Assembly: GCA_965223115.1 (NCBI GenBank)
Contig: OZ244982.1
Coordinates: 685,628-749,627, forward strand
Reading direction: 5' to 3'
DNA length: 64,000 bases
Origin: Gammaproteobacteria bacterium
Lineage (GTDB): Bacteria; Pseudomonadota; Gammaproteobacteria; UBA4575
Shown here: positions 1-9,990 of the stretch, in pieces
Numbering within the stretch: the stretch's first letter is position 1
How the letters are laid out: the number at the start of each line of letters is the position of its first letter
Translations under genes and position numbers: made by a program
Notes under the pieces: generated by a model
Told to the model about the DNA's origin: nothing
Databases searched by the model: none
Seen by the model: only the letters and a program-made list of their open reading frames with translations

Positions 1-984
1 TCCAGGTAAAGGTAACGTTATCGATGAAATTGCTCGTATCCTCTACGGTGACAGTGGTGGTGTAGTTTCCTTCAGTCGTCGTTGTTCCAGAGATTAAACC
101 CGTATTGGTATTGATGCTTAAACCTGTGGGTAGGCCAAGCGCACTGTAGGTGATCATATCGCCATCCGGATCATTGGCCTGAATCTGTAAGTTTACGCTG
201 TCGTTCACGGTATTCGTTTGATTGCCAGGATTGGTGACGGTGGGAGGATTATTTCCGCCACCACCGCTTCCGGTGACGACAACCGTATCCAATCCAATCT
301 TTTCACGCCCAGTAGAGGGGTTCGCACCCGTCACCGTAAAGCGTAAATATTTCGTACCACTGCTGGCAAAAGAAGTGGTCATCGCCAAGGTCGGGAAGCT
401 GTTACTGGTATTACTGATGGTGTTGTTCATGGTACCGATCAGGGTGTACGGCCCAGCCAGCGCCTCGGCTACATGCACTTCAAAAGTACCTCGGAACCGA
501 TTGAGATGATATTGCACATCAATATCATGCGAACCTGTCGCACTGATGGGGAGTTCAAATGTAATGAATTCTCCAATGGCATCACTGTTATATAAGAAAT
601 ACGTGCCATTGGTGGCTTCCGGTCTGGAACCTATTTGATCCGTTGTGGTGCCATCACTGTCGGCAATGGTGAGGTTTTCAACCTCATAGGTGGTACTTGA
701 ACCGCCGCCACTGGTATTCACCGTCCAGGTAAAGGAAGTGCTATCCATGCCACCGTTGCCATCATCAACGGTAATGGTGGGGTTAAAGGTATTCGCCGTG
801 GTGACCGTACCTGTGATAAGGCCCGTAGAGGAGTTGATCGAGAGTCCATTGGGTAAACCTGAATCACTATACGTCAGCGTGTCGCCATCGGGATCATTGG
901 CCTGAATCTGTAGGCTGACGACATCACCAACCGTGTTGGTTTGATCCCCCGGATTAGTGACGGTGGGAGGATTATTTCCGCCAC
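1..984. repeat. Intragenic direct repeat of an Ig-like module, offset 723 nt
   Basis: gtgacggtgggaggattatttccgccac occurs at 234-261 and 957-984. ggatcattggcctgaatctgta and tccaggtaaagg recur at the same offset. Confidence 0.8.
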
Positions 985-3900
985 TCGATGAAATAGTAAA
1001 ATCAGCGCTGACGATACTACTGTCGTTATAGTTGTCAGCAATGCCGATCACTTGTATTGTCGCATCACTCGTTAGCGTAAATGGTGCTGTGTATTGTATT
1101 GACGATACGTTTGGTGTACTCCCGTCAGTAGTGTAGTACAACACGGCTTCATTGGTTGCACTTGCGAGTGTTACTTCCACCATGTCCACATGCACACCAC
1201 CATCCGGTGAGATGGTCGGTGTTGATACTGTTGGCAAACCATTTGCTTGGCTCTGTGGTTCACCAACACCACTTGGTACGTAAGATGGATCTAATGCTAA
1301 TTCTATCTTATCGAAAACAGTACCATCTTCACGCATCCAGATATTTATCTTATAGGTACCGGGTTGCGTGAAAGTCAGAGTGGCTGTTCCATCACTCCAG
1401 AAAAATCTAGCACCACTGCGTATATCAATATTTTCCGCACTAGGAACCTCAATGTCATTCATCCCTACGTGTAAAGAGTTTGAAGTATCGCTGGGTCCGC
1501 GACCTCGAACCCATACTTTATAGGTACCCGGTGTATTAATCTGAACCTGTACATTCAAACCTGGGCTATTAGTAGCGTAATTATTAGTTATACTTAATCC
1601 GTTATCCGGTAACGCAGTCATTACACCTGATCCAGAAAACACTCCACTTGGCATAGCTACATATTCCCATGCAGCCCCACCGTTAGGACCTTGATTGGTA
1701 AAAGATTCCGCTTCTATCGATAATAAATTGTTGCTGTTAGGTTGATACGTGTTTACCCCACCGGTCGGCAATGACAAAATCCAATCCTCAATTACAGACA
1801 CGCCTTCTGAATCTACAAGTGCTTTTGCAAGTGGCGGCATTGATATTGATTGCCCCACACTATTTAATCGCAAATATAAAACCGACTTAGAGGTATCTTG
1901 TGCAACAACGACGGCTTCACCATCAATTCCAAGTGATTCCTCTAAAATACCGTTAACTAATCCTTGCAGTGCTAACGGTGTGGTTAGTCGTGCATCAAAA
2001 TTTGCTCTTGTACCACCTGGCCTATGACAATATGAACAGTTTGAGTCTAAATATGAACGTGCACGATCTGAGATGTTCGCATTTATATTTTGTGTAGGTG
2101 TCGAAGTTAATACTGTACTGAGAAAATTATCTAAATCATTTGCCGCTATTGCAGGTGACAAAACACCTAAACTATTTAATGTTTCAATCTGATTAGATAC
2201 TCGCCCCGTTGTTGGATAAGTAATTGTCCGATTGAGTTGACGTGTATTTGGACCAAGCACACCACCAGCAACATTGTTATGACAAGTTAAACACTCATTT
2301 CTGCTAGGAAAATGCCATGTCTGCAGAACTGGTCCTGTTGGAGTCTGAATCGTAAGATCTAAATCTTCAGATATTGTGAGTAGTTGTGCATCAATACCAA
2401 ATTCATCCCAACGATAAGTTACTCCATAGTAACCATCTACTCCATGGACAATAAAACGCGTTTCAAGCCGTCTCGCTGATGTCGGGTCTGATACATCTGT
2501 TAGTATCTCGAAATGCTTAATCATAACGGTACCTACAGGGAACACCCAATCCTCACCTGCAGAAAACATAATTTGCTCTTCAGCACTATCATGTGTTCCA
2601 TCATTTGGCACACACATCCATCTGGATTTCAAAGCGGCATCAGACCAAAAGGGCACATTAAGGTCATATGGCACACACCCTGGATGTACGCTAAGAGTAG
2701 TTAAATCGGTAAAAGCCCCTGTCTGTGACAACAATTGGGGTGGCTCCGGTGCTGGTATGACACTTCCGCTGTATTCAAGCATCTGTATCTCTCCATTTGG
2801 ATCAAGAGTGCCAGATGTTTTTGCTAAAAGTATGTCTCCATTGCTATCCATGAGATATGAATTGATACCATTGGGGAACCCGCTTGTGACTGAGCCGATC
2901 TCTTCAATATCATATCCGCCACTGCCATTTGGCGCTGCGGTCCAGAGTATGCCACTTAAGAAATCGGAAAAAAGATATTTACCCTCCAATACCGGAAACT
3001 TAGTACCACGGTAAACACCGGCACCAATAACTGCTTGTCCAACTGTATGCGGATACTCCCATACTGGCAGTGCTTCCGTGCCAATAATAGGATTTGGTGT
3101 AGGTATTAATCCATCAAATGTACCTTCTTTATATGCCCACTGATGATTATCACCTTTCTTTATAATATTAATTTCTTCACGTGAAATTTGACCGACATCT
3201 GCGGCCCATAAATTTCCTGTGACATTATCGTATGAGATTGTCCATGGATGTCTTAGTCCAATGCTATAAAATTCTTCTAAGATAGTTCCGTTTACATCCA
3301 AAAACGGATTGTCATTTGGAATAAAGTATCCTTGAGTAAAAGATGGTGGCCAAGCACTACCATTATTTTGAGGGTTTTCACCTAGATTAGTAGGTTGGCG
3401 TCGAATTGGGTGACTACGCGAAATATCTTGATCCACATCAATTCGCAAAATACCACTCCAAAGTCCACCGTCTAATCTTTGGGTACTGAGCGCACGATCA
3501 CACAATACATTACCAACATCACAAGCATTACCTTCATCACCTGCCGATATGTACAAAAAGCCATCATCACCAAAATACATATCACCACCAATATGAGATT
3601 GCTGTCGATCGTATTGATTAATTAATACAAACTCAGTACTTAAATCAACTTGTCCATTCACGACCATAAAGCGGGAAATTCGGTTGTACCCATCAAAGAC
3701 ACTTTGGGTATCAAACATGCCTTCTCTTTCTGGATTCCAGCGATATGAAATATATACGTAACTTGAGCTTGGAGAACTTTGGTTTCCAAACTCTGGGTGG
3801 AAAACAAGATCGCTAATTCCACCCTCACCATCTCCACTTCTTCCATGCATGATAGGAGAAATGTCAAAAAATAAAGTTTTATCAGTAGCACCCTGTTGAT

Positions 3901-4189
3901 GTGTTACAGACCAGCCTTTGCCATCTTTACCAACCACAATGAGTTTATTTTCGGTAGGATGCTCTACGATTCGGATAGGTTGAACAAAACTCAAGTCAGG
4001 ATAGTAATTAACTTGAGTGAAATCCCCAAAAGTAGAACCAGGACGATTAGTGGGAAATATATTATCTAAATAAGGTGCAACTTGTGTAGGCCCATCCAAA
4101 CCCGGTACTGCAAATACAGAATTAAAAAAGCACAGCAAGCAGATACATAATGATTTTCTAAGAGCTGGCCTAAGCAACTGCATGCTCAT
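1..4189 (-). CDS. Giant secreted multidomain protein, partial (C-terminus beyond window): glucose/sorbosone (PQQ-type) dehydrogenase propeller, diheme cytochrome c region, carbohydrate-binding-like jelly rolls, chitobiase/FN3-like domain, putative Ig (He_PIG-like) repeats
   Basis: Hand translation: ATG at 4189 gives signal peptide MSMQLLRPALRKSLCICLLCFFNSVFA. GSDH-like motifs HIGGDMYFGDDGFLYISAGD and GLRHPW...ADVGQ...EEIN. CLTCH at 2279-2293 and CSYCH at 2024-2038, then MPP. NPPTVTNPG...GLPxGLSIN..TGLI repeats. Spot checks show the same frame down to position 2; absent from the ORF track, consistent with no stop inside the window. Confidence 0.85.
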   Translation of the reverse strand, partial: MSMQLLRPALRKSLCICLLCFFNSVFAVPGLDGPTQVAPYLDNIFPTNRPGSTFGDFTQVNYYPDLSFVQPIRIVEHPTENKLIVVGKDGKGWSVTHQQGATDKTLFFDISPIMHGRSGDGEGGISDLVFHPEFGNQSSPSSSYVYISYRWNPEREGMFDTQSVFDGYNRISRFMVVNGQVDLSTEFVLINQYDRQQSHIGGDMYFGDDGFLYISAGDEGNACDVGNVLCDRALSTQRLDGGLWSGILRIDVDQDISRSHPIRRQPTNLGENPQNNGSAWPPSFTQGYFIPNDNPFLDVNGTILEEFYSIGLRHPWTISYDNVTGNLWAADVGQISREEINIIKKGDNHQWAYKEGTFDGLIPTPNPIIGTEALPVWEYPHTVGQAVIGAGVYRGTKFPVLEGKYLFSDFLSGILWTAAPNGSGGYDIEEIGSVTSGFPNGINSYLMDSNGDILLAKTSGTLDPNGEIQMLEYSGSVIPAPEPPQLLSQTGAFTDLTTLSVHPGCVPYDLNVPFWSDAALKSRWMCVPNDGTHDSAEEQIMFSAGEDWVFPVGTVMIKHFEILTDVSDPTSARRLETRFIVHGVDGYYGVTYRWDEFGIDAQLLTISEDLDLTIQTPTGPVLQTWHFPSRNECLTCHNNVAGGVLGPNTRQLNRTITYPTTGRVSNQIETLNSLGVLSPAIAANDLDNFLSTVLTSTPTQNINANISDRARSYLDSNCSYCHRPGGTRANFDARLTTPLALQGLVNGILEESLGIDGEAVVVAQDTSKSVLYLRLNSVGQSISMPPLAKALVDSEGVSVIEDWILSLPTGGVNTYQPNSNNLLSIEAESFTNQGPNGGAAWEYVAMPSGVFSGSGVMTALPDNGLSITNNYATNSPGLNVQVQINTPGTYKVWVRGRGPSDTSNSLHVGMNDIEVPSAENIDIRSGARFFWSDGTATLTFTQPGTYKINIWMREDGTVFDKIELALDPSYVPSGVGEPQSQANGLPTVSTPTISPDGGVHVDMVEVTLASATNEAVLYYTTDGSTPNVSSIQYTAPFTLTSDATIQVIGIADNYNDSSIVSADFTISSSGGNNPPTVTNPGDQTNTVGDVVSLQIQANDPDGDTLTYSDSGLPNGLSINSSTGLITGTVTTANTFNPTITVDDGNGGMDSTSFTWTVNTSGGGSSTTYEVENLTIADSDGTTTDQIGSRPEATNGTYFLYNSDAIGEFITFELPISATGSHDIDVQYHLNRFRGTFEVHVAEALAGPYTLIGTMNNTISNTSNSFPTLAMTTSFASSGTKYLRFTVTGANPSTGREKIGLDTVVVTGSGGGGNNPPTVTNPGNQTNTVNDSVNLQIQANDPDGDMITYSALGLPTGLSINTNTGLISGTTTTEGNYTTTVTVEDTSNFIDNVTFTW

Positions 4190-4431
4190 AGACAAAAGCC
4201 TCCCCACTAGCAAAATCGTTTTTAAGTATTATTTAGAATTTATTAGTAGTTTTATAATCTAATCGTAATTTGAAACAGTTGCATAATTATAGCATACCCA
4301 TTCCATATACTTCTTAAGATATTTTGATGACCTGTACCATGTAGCGATACCAGATTCTGATAGAGAGTTGGGTTAAGTTGAACATAATAAATGTACTAAT
4401 ATTAGTTCGTTATAGAAATATAATAAGTTTC

Positions 4432-5739
4432 TTAGCAATCTAATGCGTTTTTACGCTCCCAGTCACTTAAGTGTCCTGTAAATTCACTCCACTCTTGCAT
4501 CTTGAGCTTAATAAAAGAGTCGACGAGTTTTTCACCAAGGCCTTTACGAATAGTTTTGTTTTTTTCCAACAAGCGTAAAGCATCAAGCAAAGTAGTGGGT
4601 AATTGTTTAGCGGCTTTGACCTTATGACCTTCTTCATACATGTTTATATGTAAAGGTTTTCCAGGATCACATTTATTTTCAATGCCATCCAGTCCTGCTG
4701 CAATCACTCCTGCTTGTAGTAAGTAAGGATTGGCAGAACCATCCATTAAGCGTAATTCAAATCTTCCATCATCAGGTACTCGAATCATGTGTGTACGATT
4801 GTTGCCAGAGTAGGTGATGGAACTTGGAGACCATGTTGCACCAGATGTAGTGCGTGGTGCACTAATACGTTTGTAACTATTTACGGTAGGGTTGAATACT
4901 GCACATAATGATTGGGCATGCTGCATGATACCGCCTAAAAATTGATAGGCTAACTTAGACAGCCCAAGGTCATCACTTTTATTTAAAAATAAATTCTTTT
5001 TGCCTGTTTTATCCCATATGGAAACGTGTGCATGACAACCATTTCCAGTTAAATTTTTAAAAGGCTTTGGTGCAAAAGTAGCGCGTAGTCCGTGTTGTTC
5101 TGCCAAAGTTTTAGTCATGTATTTGAAAAACACATGGCGGTCTGCAGTCACCATTGCATCATTATAATCCCAATTCATTTCAAACTGACCGTTTGCATCT
5201 TCATGATCATTTTGATAAGGATTCCAACCAAGCTCGATCATGCAATCACAAATTTGACTTATTAATGGATAGCGACGCATTAATGCTTGTTGGTCATAGC
5301 AGGGTTTGCTTTGAATATCTGCAGGGTCAGCAATAGAAGAACCTTCTTGGTTAATGAGGAAATATTCACATTCAACACCAGTTTTTACGCGATAGCCTTT
5401 TTTAGTAGCGCGTTCGAGCTGTCTTTTTAATGCAACACGAGGGGAAGCTTCTACTTCTTTGCCGTCCATCCATAAATCACATGCTAGCCAAGCAACTTCG
5501 GGATTCCATGGAAGTTGAATTAAACTACTTGGATCGGGTACTCCAAATAAATCTGGGTGTGCCGGTGTCATATCAAGCCAAGCCGCAAAACCGGCAAAGC
5601 CTGCACCATCTTTTTGCATATCTTTTATAGCACGTGCTGGTGCTAACTTGGCTCGCAAGGTACCGAATAAATCTACAAAGCTGACTAGAAAATATTTTAT
5701 GCCTTTTTCTTTAGCGACTTTTGCAAGATCTACAGCCAT
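4432..5739 (-). CDS. gmaS: Gamma-glutamylmethylamide synthetase (GlnT-type glutamine synthetase family)
   Basis: GAGFAGFAAWLD, DHEDANGQFEMN, NGCHAH, NNRTHMIR, FELRLMDG motifs; lies next to mgsABC. Confidence 0.9.
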   Translation of the reverse strand: MAVDLAKVAKEKGIKYFLVSFVDLFGTLRAKLAPARAIKDMQKDGAGFAGFAAWLDMTPAHPDLFGVPDPSSLIQLPWNPEVAWLACDLWMDGKEVEASPRVALKRQLERATKKGYRVKTGVECEYFLINQEGSSIADPADIQSKPCYDQQALMRRYPLISQICDCMIELGWNPYQNDHEDANGQFEMNWDYNDAMVTADRHVFFKYMTKTLAEQHGLRATFAPKPFKNLTGNGCHAHVSIWDKTGKKNLFLNKSDDLGLSKLAYQFLGGIMQHAQSLCAVFNPTVNSYKRISAPRTTSGATWSPSSITYSGNNRTHMIRVPDDGRFELRLMDGSANPYLLQAGVIAAGLDGIENKCDPGKPLHINMYEEGHKVKAAKQLPTTLLDALRLLEKNKTIRKGLGEKLVDSFIKLKMQEWSEFTGHLSDWERKNALDC

Positions 5740-5799
5740 GATATTTTCTCCTCAAATATTTATTAATTATCAATAGAATTATTATGTTATTAGATATTC

Positions 5800-7125
5800 T
5801 TAATTTTGCCCTGGAATCCAAGAAGTGCCGGCTAACGGTACTTTCGCCATTGCTGCGGCTTCGACAGTAAGCGCAACTAAATCTTCGGGCTCAAGGTTAT
5901 GTAAATGTGATTTTCCACAAGCACGTGCCAATGTTTGTGCTTCCAGTACCATTGTTTGCAAAAGATTTTTTATACGACGTCCACCTAGTTCAGGATCAAG
6001 ATTTTTTGCTAGTTCTGGATCTTGAGTAGAGATACCAGCAGGACAGCGACCTTCATGGTATGCATCATAAAAGCCTGGAGCTGTGCCCAGCTTACGGTAT
6101 TCGTCTTCATATTCAGGGCTATTACAGCCTAGGGCATATAATGCTGCCATACCAATTGAAACCGCATCGGCACCTAATGCCATGCATTTAGCAACGTCAG
6201 CACCATTACGTATACCGCCTGAAACAATAAGCTGTACTTTACGATGCATATCCATTTCTTGTAAGGCTTCCACGGCAATGCGTACTGCAGGTAAAGTAGG
6301 AATTCCAACATGTTCGATGAAGACATCTTGTGTAGCCGCAGTACCGCCTTGCATGCCATCTACAACGACTACATCGGCACCCGCTTTTACAGCGAGTTGC
6401 ACATCGTATTTAGTACGTGTTGCACCAACTTTGATATAAATGGGTTTTTCATAGTCCGTAATTTCACGTAACTCTTGTATCTTTATTTCTAAATCATCTG
6501 GTCCAGTCCAATCAGGATGCCGACATGCACTACGTTGATCAACACCTTTAGGTAAGGTACGCATTTGTGCTACGCGATCACTGATTTTGTAGCCTAATAA
6601 CATTCCACCACCACCAGGTTTTGCACCTTGACCACAGACTACTTCAATGGCATCTGCTTTTCTTAAATCATCGGGGTTCATACCGTAACGAGATGGCAAT
6701 AATTGGTATACAAGTATTTTTGAAGATTTCCTTTCTTCCGGTGTCATACCACCATCACCTGTAGTCGTACTTGTGCCCATCATAGCGGCACCTTTACCCA
6801 GAGAATCTTTTGCCTCGGCTGAAAGTGCGCCGAAACTCATACCGGCAATAGTAATCGGAATATCTAGATGTAAGGGTTTTTTTGCATAACGTGTGCCCAT
6901 TACTACATCTGTATCACAACGTTCTCGGTAACCTTCTAAGGGGTAACGTGACATACTCGCACCAAGAAATAACAAGTCATCAAAATGGGGCAACTTACGT
7001 TTTGCACCGCCCCCACGAATGCTATATATACCTTGAGTTGCTGCACGTTGTATTTCCTGAATCGTACTTCTGTCCCATGTATACGATTCTTTCAATATGT
7101 TATCTGCTTCCTTTTCTGCACTCAT
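5800..7125 (-). CDS. mgsC: N-methylglutamate synthase subunit C (FMN-binding glutamate synthase family)
   Basis: AGMSFGALS, TTTGDGG, GQGAKPGGGG, DGMQGGT, CPAGISTQDP; cluster context. Confidence 0.9.
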   Translation of the reverse strand: MSAEKEADNILKESYTWDRSTIQEIQRAATQGIYSIRGGGAKRKLPHFDDLLFLGASMSRYPLEGYRERCDTDVVMGTRYAKKPLHLDIPITIAGMSFGALSAEAKDSLGKGAAMMGTSTTTGDGGMTPEERKSSKILVYQLLPSRYGMNPDDLRKADAIEVVCGQGAKPGGGGMLLGYKISDRVAQMRTLPKGVDQRSACRHPDWTGPDDLEIKIQELREITDYEKPIYIKVGATRTKYDVQLAVKAGADVVVVDGMQGGTAATQDVFIEHVGIPTLPAVRIAVEALQEMDMHRKVQLIVSGGIRNGADVAKCMALGADAVSIGMAALYALGCNSPEYEDEYRKLGTAPGFYDAYHEGRCPAGISTQDPELAKNLDPELGGRRIKNLLQTMVLEAQTLARACGKSHLHNLEPEDLVALTVEAAAMAKVPLAGTSWIPGQN

Positions 7126-7177
7126 TTTATTCTACTGCCCTTTTCTTATACGGTACCTATAATGAAGTTGTTTTTTG

Positions 7178-7864
7178 TCAAGTTAGATAGGCATCATCTA
7201 CTTTAAAGTTATATAAGTTTCTTGCGGATCCGTAACGTTTAAAATTTTTAGGGTCTGCATTTATATCAGCCTTGTTTAATAATTCAGTAAGCGTATCAAG
7301 GTGTTCTTTCCTCATTTCTTTTTCAACGCAATCTGCACCAAGACTTTTTACACTCCCCTGTACAAATATATGTACTTCATAAATTGAATCACCTAAGGCA
7401 TCACCCGCGTCACCACAAATCACTAAGTTTCCTGCCTGACCCATAAATGAACACATATGACCAACTGATCCACCTACAACAATGTCAACACCTTTCATAG
7501 AAATCCCGCAGCGTGCTGCAGCATCGCCTTCAATAATAAGCAACCCACCTCTACCTGTAGCGGCTGCATATTGTGAAGCATTGCCTTTAACTCTGACTTG
7601 TCCCGACATGATATTTTCAGCTACGCCTGCGCCTGCGTTTCCATTTATCGTGATGTTGGCGTGCTTGTTCATACCAGCGCAGTAGTAACCAACATGGCCA
7701 TCAATTTCGATTTCTAAAGCATCATCAATCCCTACCGCAATAGCATGTTTACCATTAGGGTTTGTTACAAGAATTTCAGATGTATCTTGTTTCTCATTGC
7801 TATGATGAAGTTGTTCGTTCAGTGAGCGTACTTCATTTTTTTCAAGATCAAACGTTTTCTTCAC
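7178..7864 (-). CDS. mgsB: N-methylglutamate synthase subunit B (GXGXG beta-helix)
   Basis: GHVGYYCAGMN, ARCGISMKG, SARNLYNF. Probable start is GTG at 7864 after a GAGG RBS; the ORF track extends it to 7906. Confidence 0.88.
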   Translation of the reverse strand: MKKTFDLEKNEVRSLNEQLHHSNEKQDTSEILVTNPNGKHAIAVGIDDALEIEIDGHVGYYCAGMNKHANITINGNAGAGVAENIMSGQVRVKGNASQYAAATGRGGLLIIEGDAAARCGISMKGVDIVVGGSVGHMCSFMGQAGNLVICGDAGDALGDSIYEVHIFVQGSVKSLGADCVEKEMRKEHLDTLTELLNKADINADPKNFKRYGSARNLYNFKVDDAYLT

Positions 7865-8354
7865 AATTATTGACCTCTTTAAGCTTTCCTTGGTTAACGA
7901 GTTCAACAGCCCAAACTGCAGCTTGTAAGCGTGAATGTTTTTTTAGCTTTGACAATATATTTTTAACATGAACTTTGACAGTGGAATAACTGATTCCAAG
8001 TTTGCGTGCGATTAATTTATTACTCATGCCTGCAGCAATATGTTCAAGCACTTGCTTTTCTCTTTTTGTTAAATCTACATCACTTACTTTTGGTTCATTT
8101 ATATTCAATGAAATATTTGTGTTAGTTTGATTTGTTATACAAGGGTTAGTAGCAGGTTGACTTATATTTGTTTGTTGTTTAGTTGTAGTGCTTAATAAAT
8201 AATCGTCTGATACAGATGATACGATGAATAACAATTTAGAATTTGAAAGTGCTTCAAGCCTTTGTTTACCACTTTCACTGCGTGGATCAATTTCAAGAGC
8301 CATTACCCCATCTAGCTTGTTAACTAGATTTTTTATAATTTCAATGTCTTCCAT
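7848..8354 (-). CDS. LuxR/NarL-type HTH transcriptional regulator without a receiver domain
   Basis: C-terminal LTKREKQVLEHIAAGMSNKLIARKLGISYSTVKVHVKNILSKL...SRLQAAVWA. Short unrecognised N-terminal region and a T/N/Q-rich linker. Confidence 0.85.
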   Translation of the reverse strand: MEDIEIIKNLVNKLDGVMALEIDPRSESGKQRLEALSNSKLLFIVSSVSDDYLLSTTTKQQTNISQPATNPCITNQTNTNISLNINEPKVSDVDLTKREKQVLEHIAAGMSNKLIARKLGISYSTVKVHVKNILSKLKKHSRLQAAVWAVELVNQGKLKEVNNCEENV

Positions 8355-8356
8355 TT

Positions 8357-9256
8357 TTATTGTTTTGCCCAGCTATATATTTTTTCAGGTTCTGGTTCCC
8401 AGATTTTTGCATTTTCGACTCCTGGAAGATTCGCAATGGCGCGAAACTCAGATGCCATAGCGGCCCAGTCATCTGTTTCGGCCATCACTGCTGGTTTACA
8501 ACCGATTGGATCTCTCATTACAGCGAAGCCATCACGAGTCCCAACAGCAAAGGTATAAAACCCATCTAAATCTTCAATAGCGTTTTCAAGTGCTTCATCT
8601 AATGTATCGCCTTCACGAATTCGCCACATCAGGTAGCCAGCTGCAACTTCGCTATCGTTATCTGTTTTAAATTCAACGCCTTGACGTTGTAACTTTCTGC
8701 GCAATCGATTGTGATTAGATAACGAACCGTTATGTACTAAACATAAATCTAATCCAGTTGAAAATGGGTGAGAATGCTCCGTAGTTACGGCACTTTCTGT
8801 AGCCATACGTGTGTGGCCTAAAGCATGCGTGCCTTGTAAGTTTTGTAGTTCAAAACGATTAATAACTTCGTCAGGCAGGCCTTTATCTTTATAAATCTCT
8901 ATGGTTGTACCTGAACTGGTCACGTGCAACTCAGGGTGTTGCTGTTTTAGCCAGTCTAAAATGGTATCTACATTTGTTGGAGCTACGATTACGGCATGAT
9001 TAAAGCGAGTTTGTAGAGATGTTTGGTCTCCAAATTTTTCATGTAATTGTTTGTCTAGCGTATCCCATGAATATTCTGGAATATTACTTAGAACAGTTAT
9101 TTTTGAATAATCGTTTGCTACAGGGTTTCGATAAAACGCCACCCCAGCGCTATCCGGACCCCGTTCACGCATTTCGCTCAACATGGGAGATAGCAATACA
9201 CCCAATTGCGATTCTAAGGCCACATTTTTGATAAAAAGCCCCACGATTCCGCACAC
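8357..9256 (-). CDS. mgsA: N-methylglutamate synthase subunit A (class II glutamine amidotransferase)
   Basis: N-terminal MCGIVG, RGPDSAG, GHTRMATES, HNGSLSNH, DSEV. Confidence 0.9.
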   Translation of the reverse strand: MCGIVGLFIKNVALESQLGVLLSPMLSEMRERGPDSAGVAFYRNPVANDYSKITVLSNIPEYSWDTLDKQLHEKFGDQTSLQTRFNHAVIVAPTNVDTILDWLKQQHPELHVTSSGTTIEIYKDKGLPDEVINRFELQNLQGTHALGHTRMATESAVTTEHSHPFSTGLDLCLVHNGSLSNHNRLRRKLQRQGVEFKTDNDSEVAAGYLMWRIREGDTLDEALENAIEDLDGFYTFAVGTRDGFAVMRDPIGCKPAVMAETDDWAAMASEFRAIANLPGVENAKIWEPEPEKIYSWAKQ

Positions 9257-9289
9257 GATATTTGCCTCTAGATATTGATTTGTGTGTGA

Positions 9290-9342
9290 ATACTAGGATG
9301 CAATATATTGCATGTCAACCTACATGAATAAAATATTCATGT
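9290..9342 (-). promoter_or_regulatory. Sigma70 promoter of the mgsA operon with palindromic operator candidates
   Basis: Minus strand TTGACA (9318-9313), 17 nt, TAGTAT (9295-9290). Perfect 16-bp palindrome ATGCAATATATTGCAT at 9298-9313. Inverted repeat ACATGAATA-AAA-TATTCATGT at 9322-9342. Confidence 0.7.
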
Positions 9343-9378
9343 GATGAAATATTAGGATAAGCTTAATAACGTGTTTTT

Positions 9379-9990
9379 TTAAGATTCTTTATTGGGTGTG
9401 ATGATGACAGAAAGCATGCGAATCGGTAGTTTTTCCAACTTTTCAGGGCCATGTGGAGCATCCGAATCAAAAAATAACGAGTCACCTTGTTTTAGTCTAA
9501 ATGTTTGATTTGTATGACTATAAAGCACTTCACCTTCAAGCATATAGATAAATTCAAGCCCTGCATGCTGAAATAGTGGAAATACCTCTGATTCCTCTGA
9601 AAGGGTGATAAGAAAAGGCTCTACCATGATTTGTTTATCGATGGTGTGTCCCAAGAGTTGATAGATATGGCCAGCGCGTGTTCCTTGGCGATTGATCGTG
9701 AGGCCTTTTCCTGCCTCGACATAGGTGCAGTCGCGTTCTTCTTCATATTTCCTAAATAATGACGTTACAGGTACATTGAGAGCTTTAGATAGGGCTTGTA
9801 GAGTAGCTAAGGAGGGTGAGGTGTTGCCGTTTTCAATCTTCGATAGCATACCGGGTGATAGGTTTGCCTGTTTAGCCACTTCAGCGACTGTCATTTTAAG
9901 TTGTTTGCGAAACTCTTTAATTTGATGACCTATAGCCAGCTCTAAAGATACGGATTTCAAAGCTGAATTCATTTGCTGCTTATCATTCAA
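9379..9990 (-). CDS. XRE-family HTH plus cupin transcriptional regulator
   Basis: N-terminal HTH (LSPGMLSKIENGNTSPSL) and C-terminal cupin (HAGLEFIYMLEG...GDSLFFDSDAPH). Confidence 0.88.
   Translation of the reverse strand: MNDKQQMNSALKSVSLELAIGHQIKEFRKQLKMTVAEVAKQANLSPGMLSKIENGNTSPSLATLQALSKALNVPVTSLFRKYEEERDCTYVEAGKGLTINRQGTRAGHIYQLLGHTIDKQIMVEPFLITLSEESEVFPLFQHAGLEFIYMLEGEVLYSHTNQTFRLKQGDSLFFDSDAPHGPEKLEKLPIRMLSVIITPNKES

Noticed and set aside
222-3891. Short ORFs listed in the track over the first 4 kb
   Set aside because: They are antisense or off-frame shadows of the single long minus-strand gene starting at 4189.
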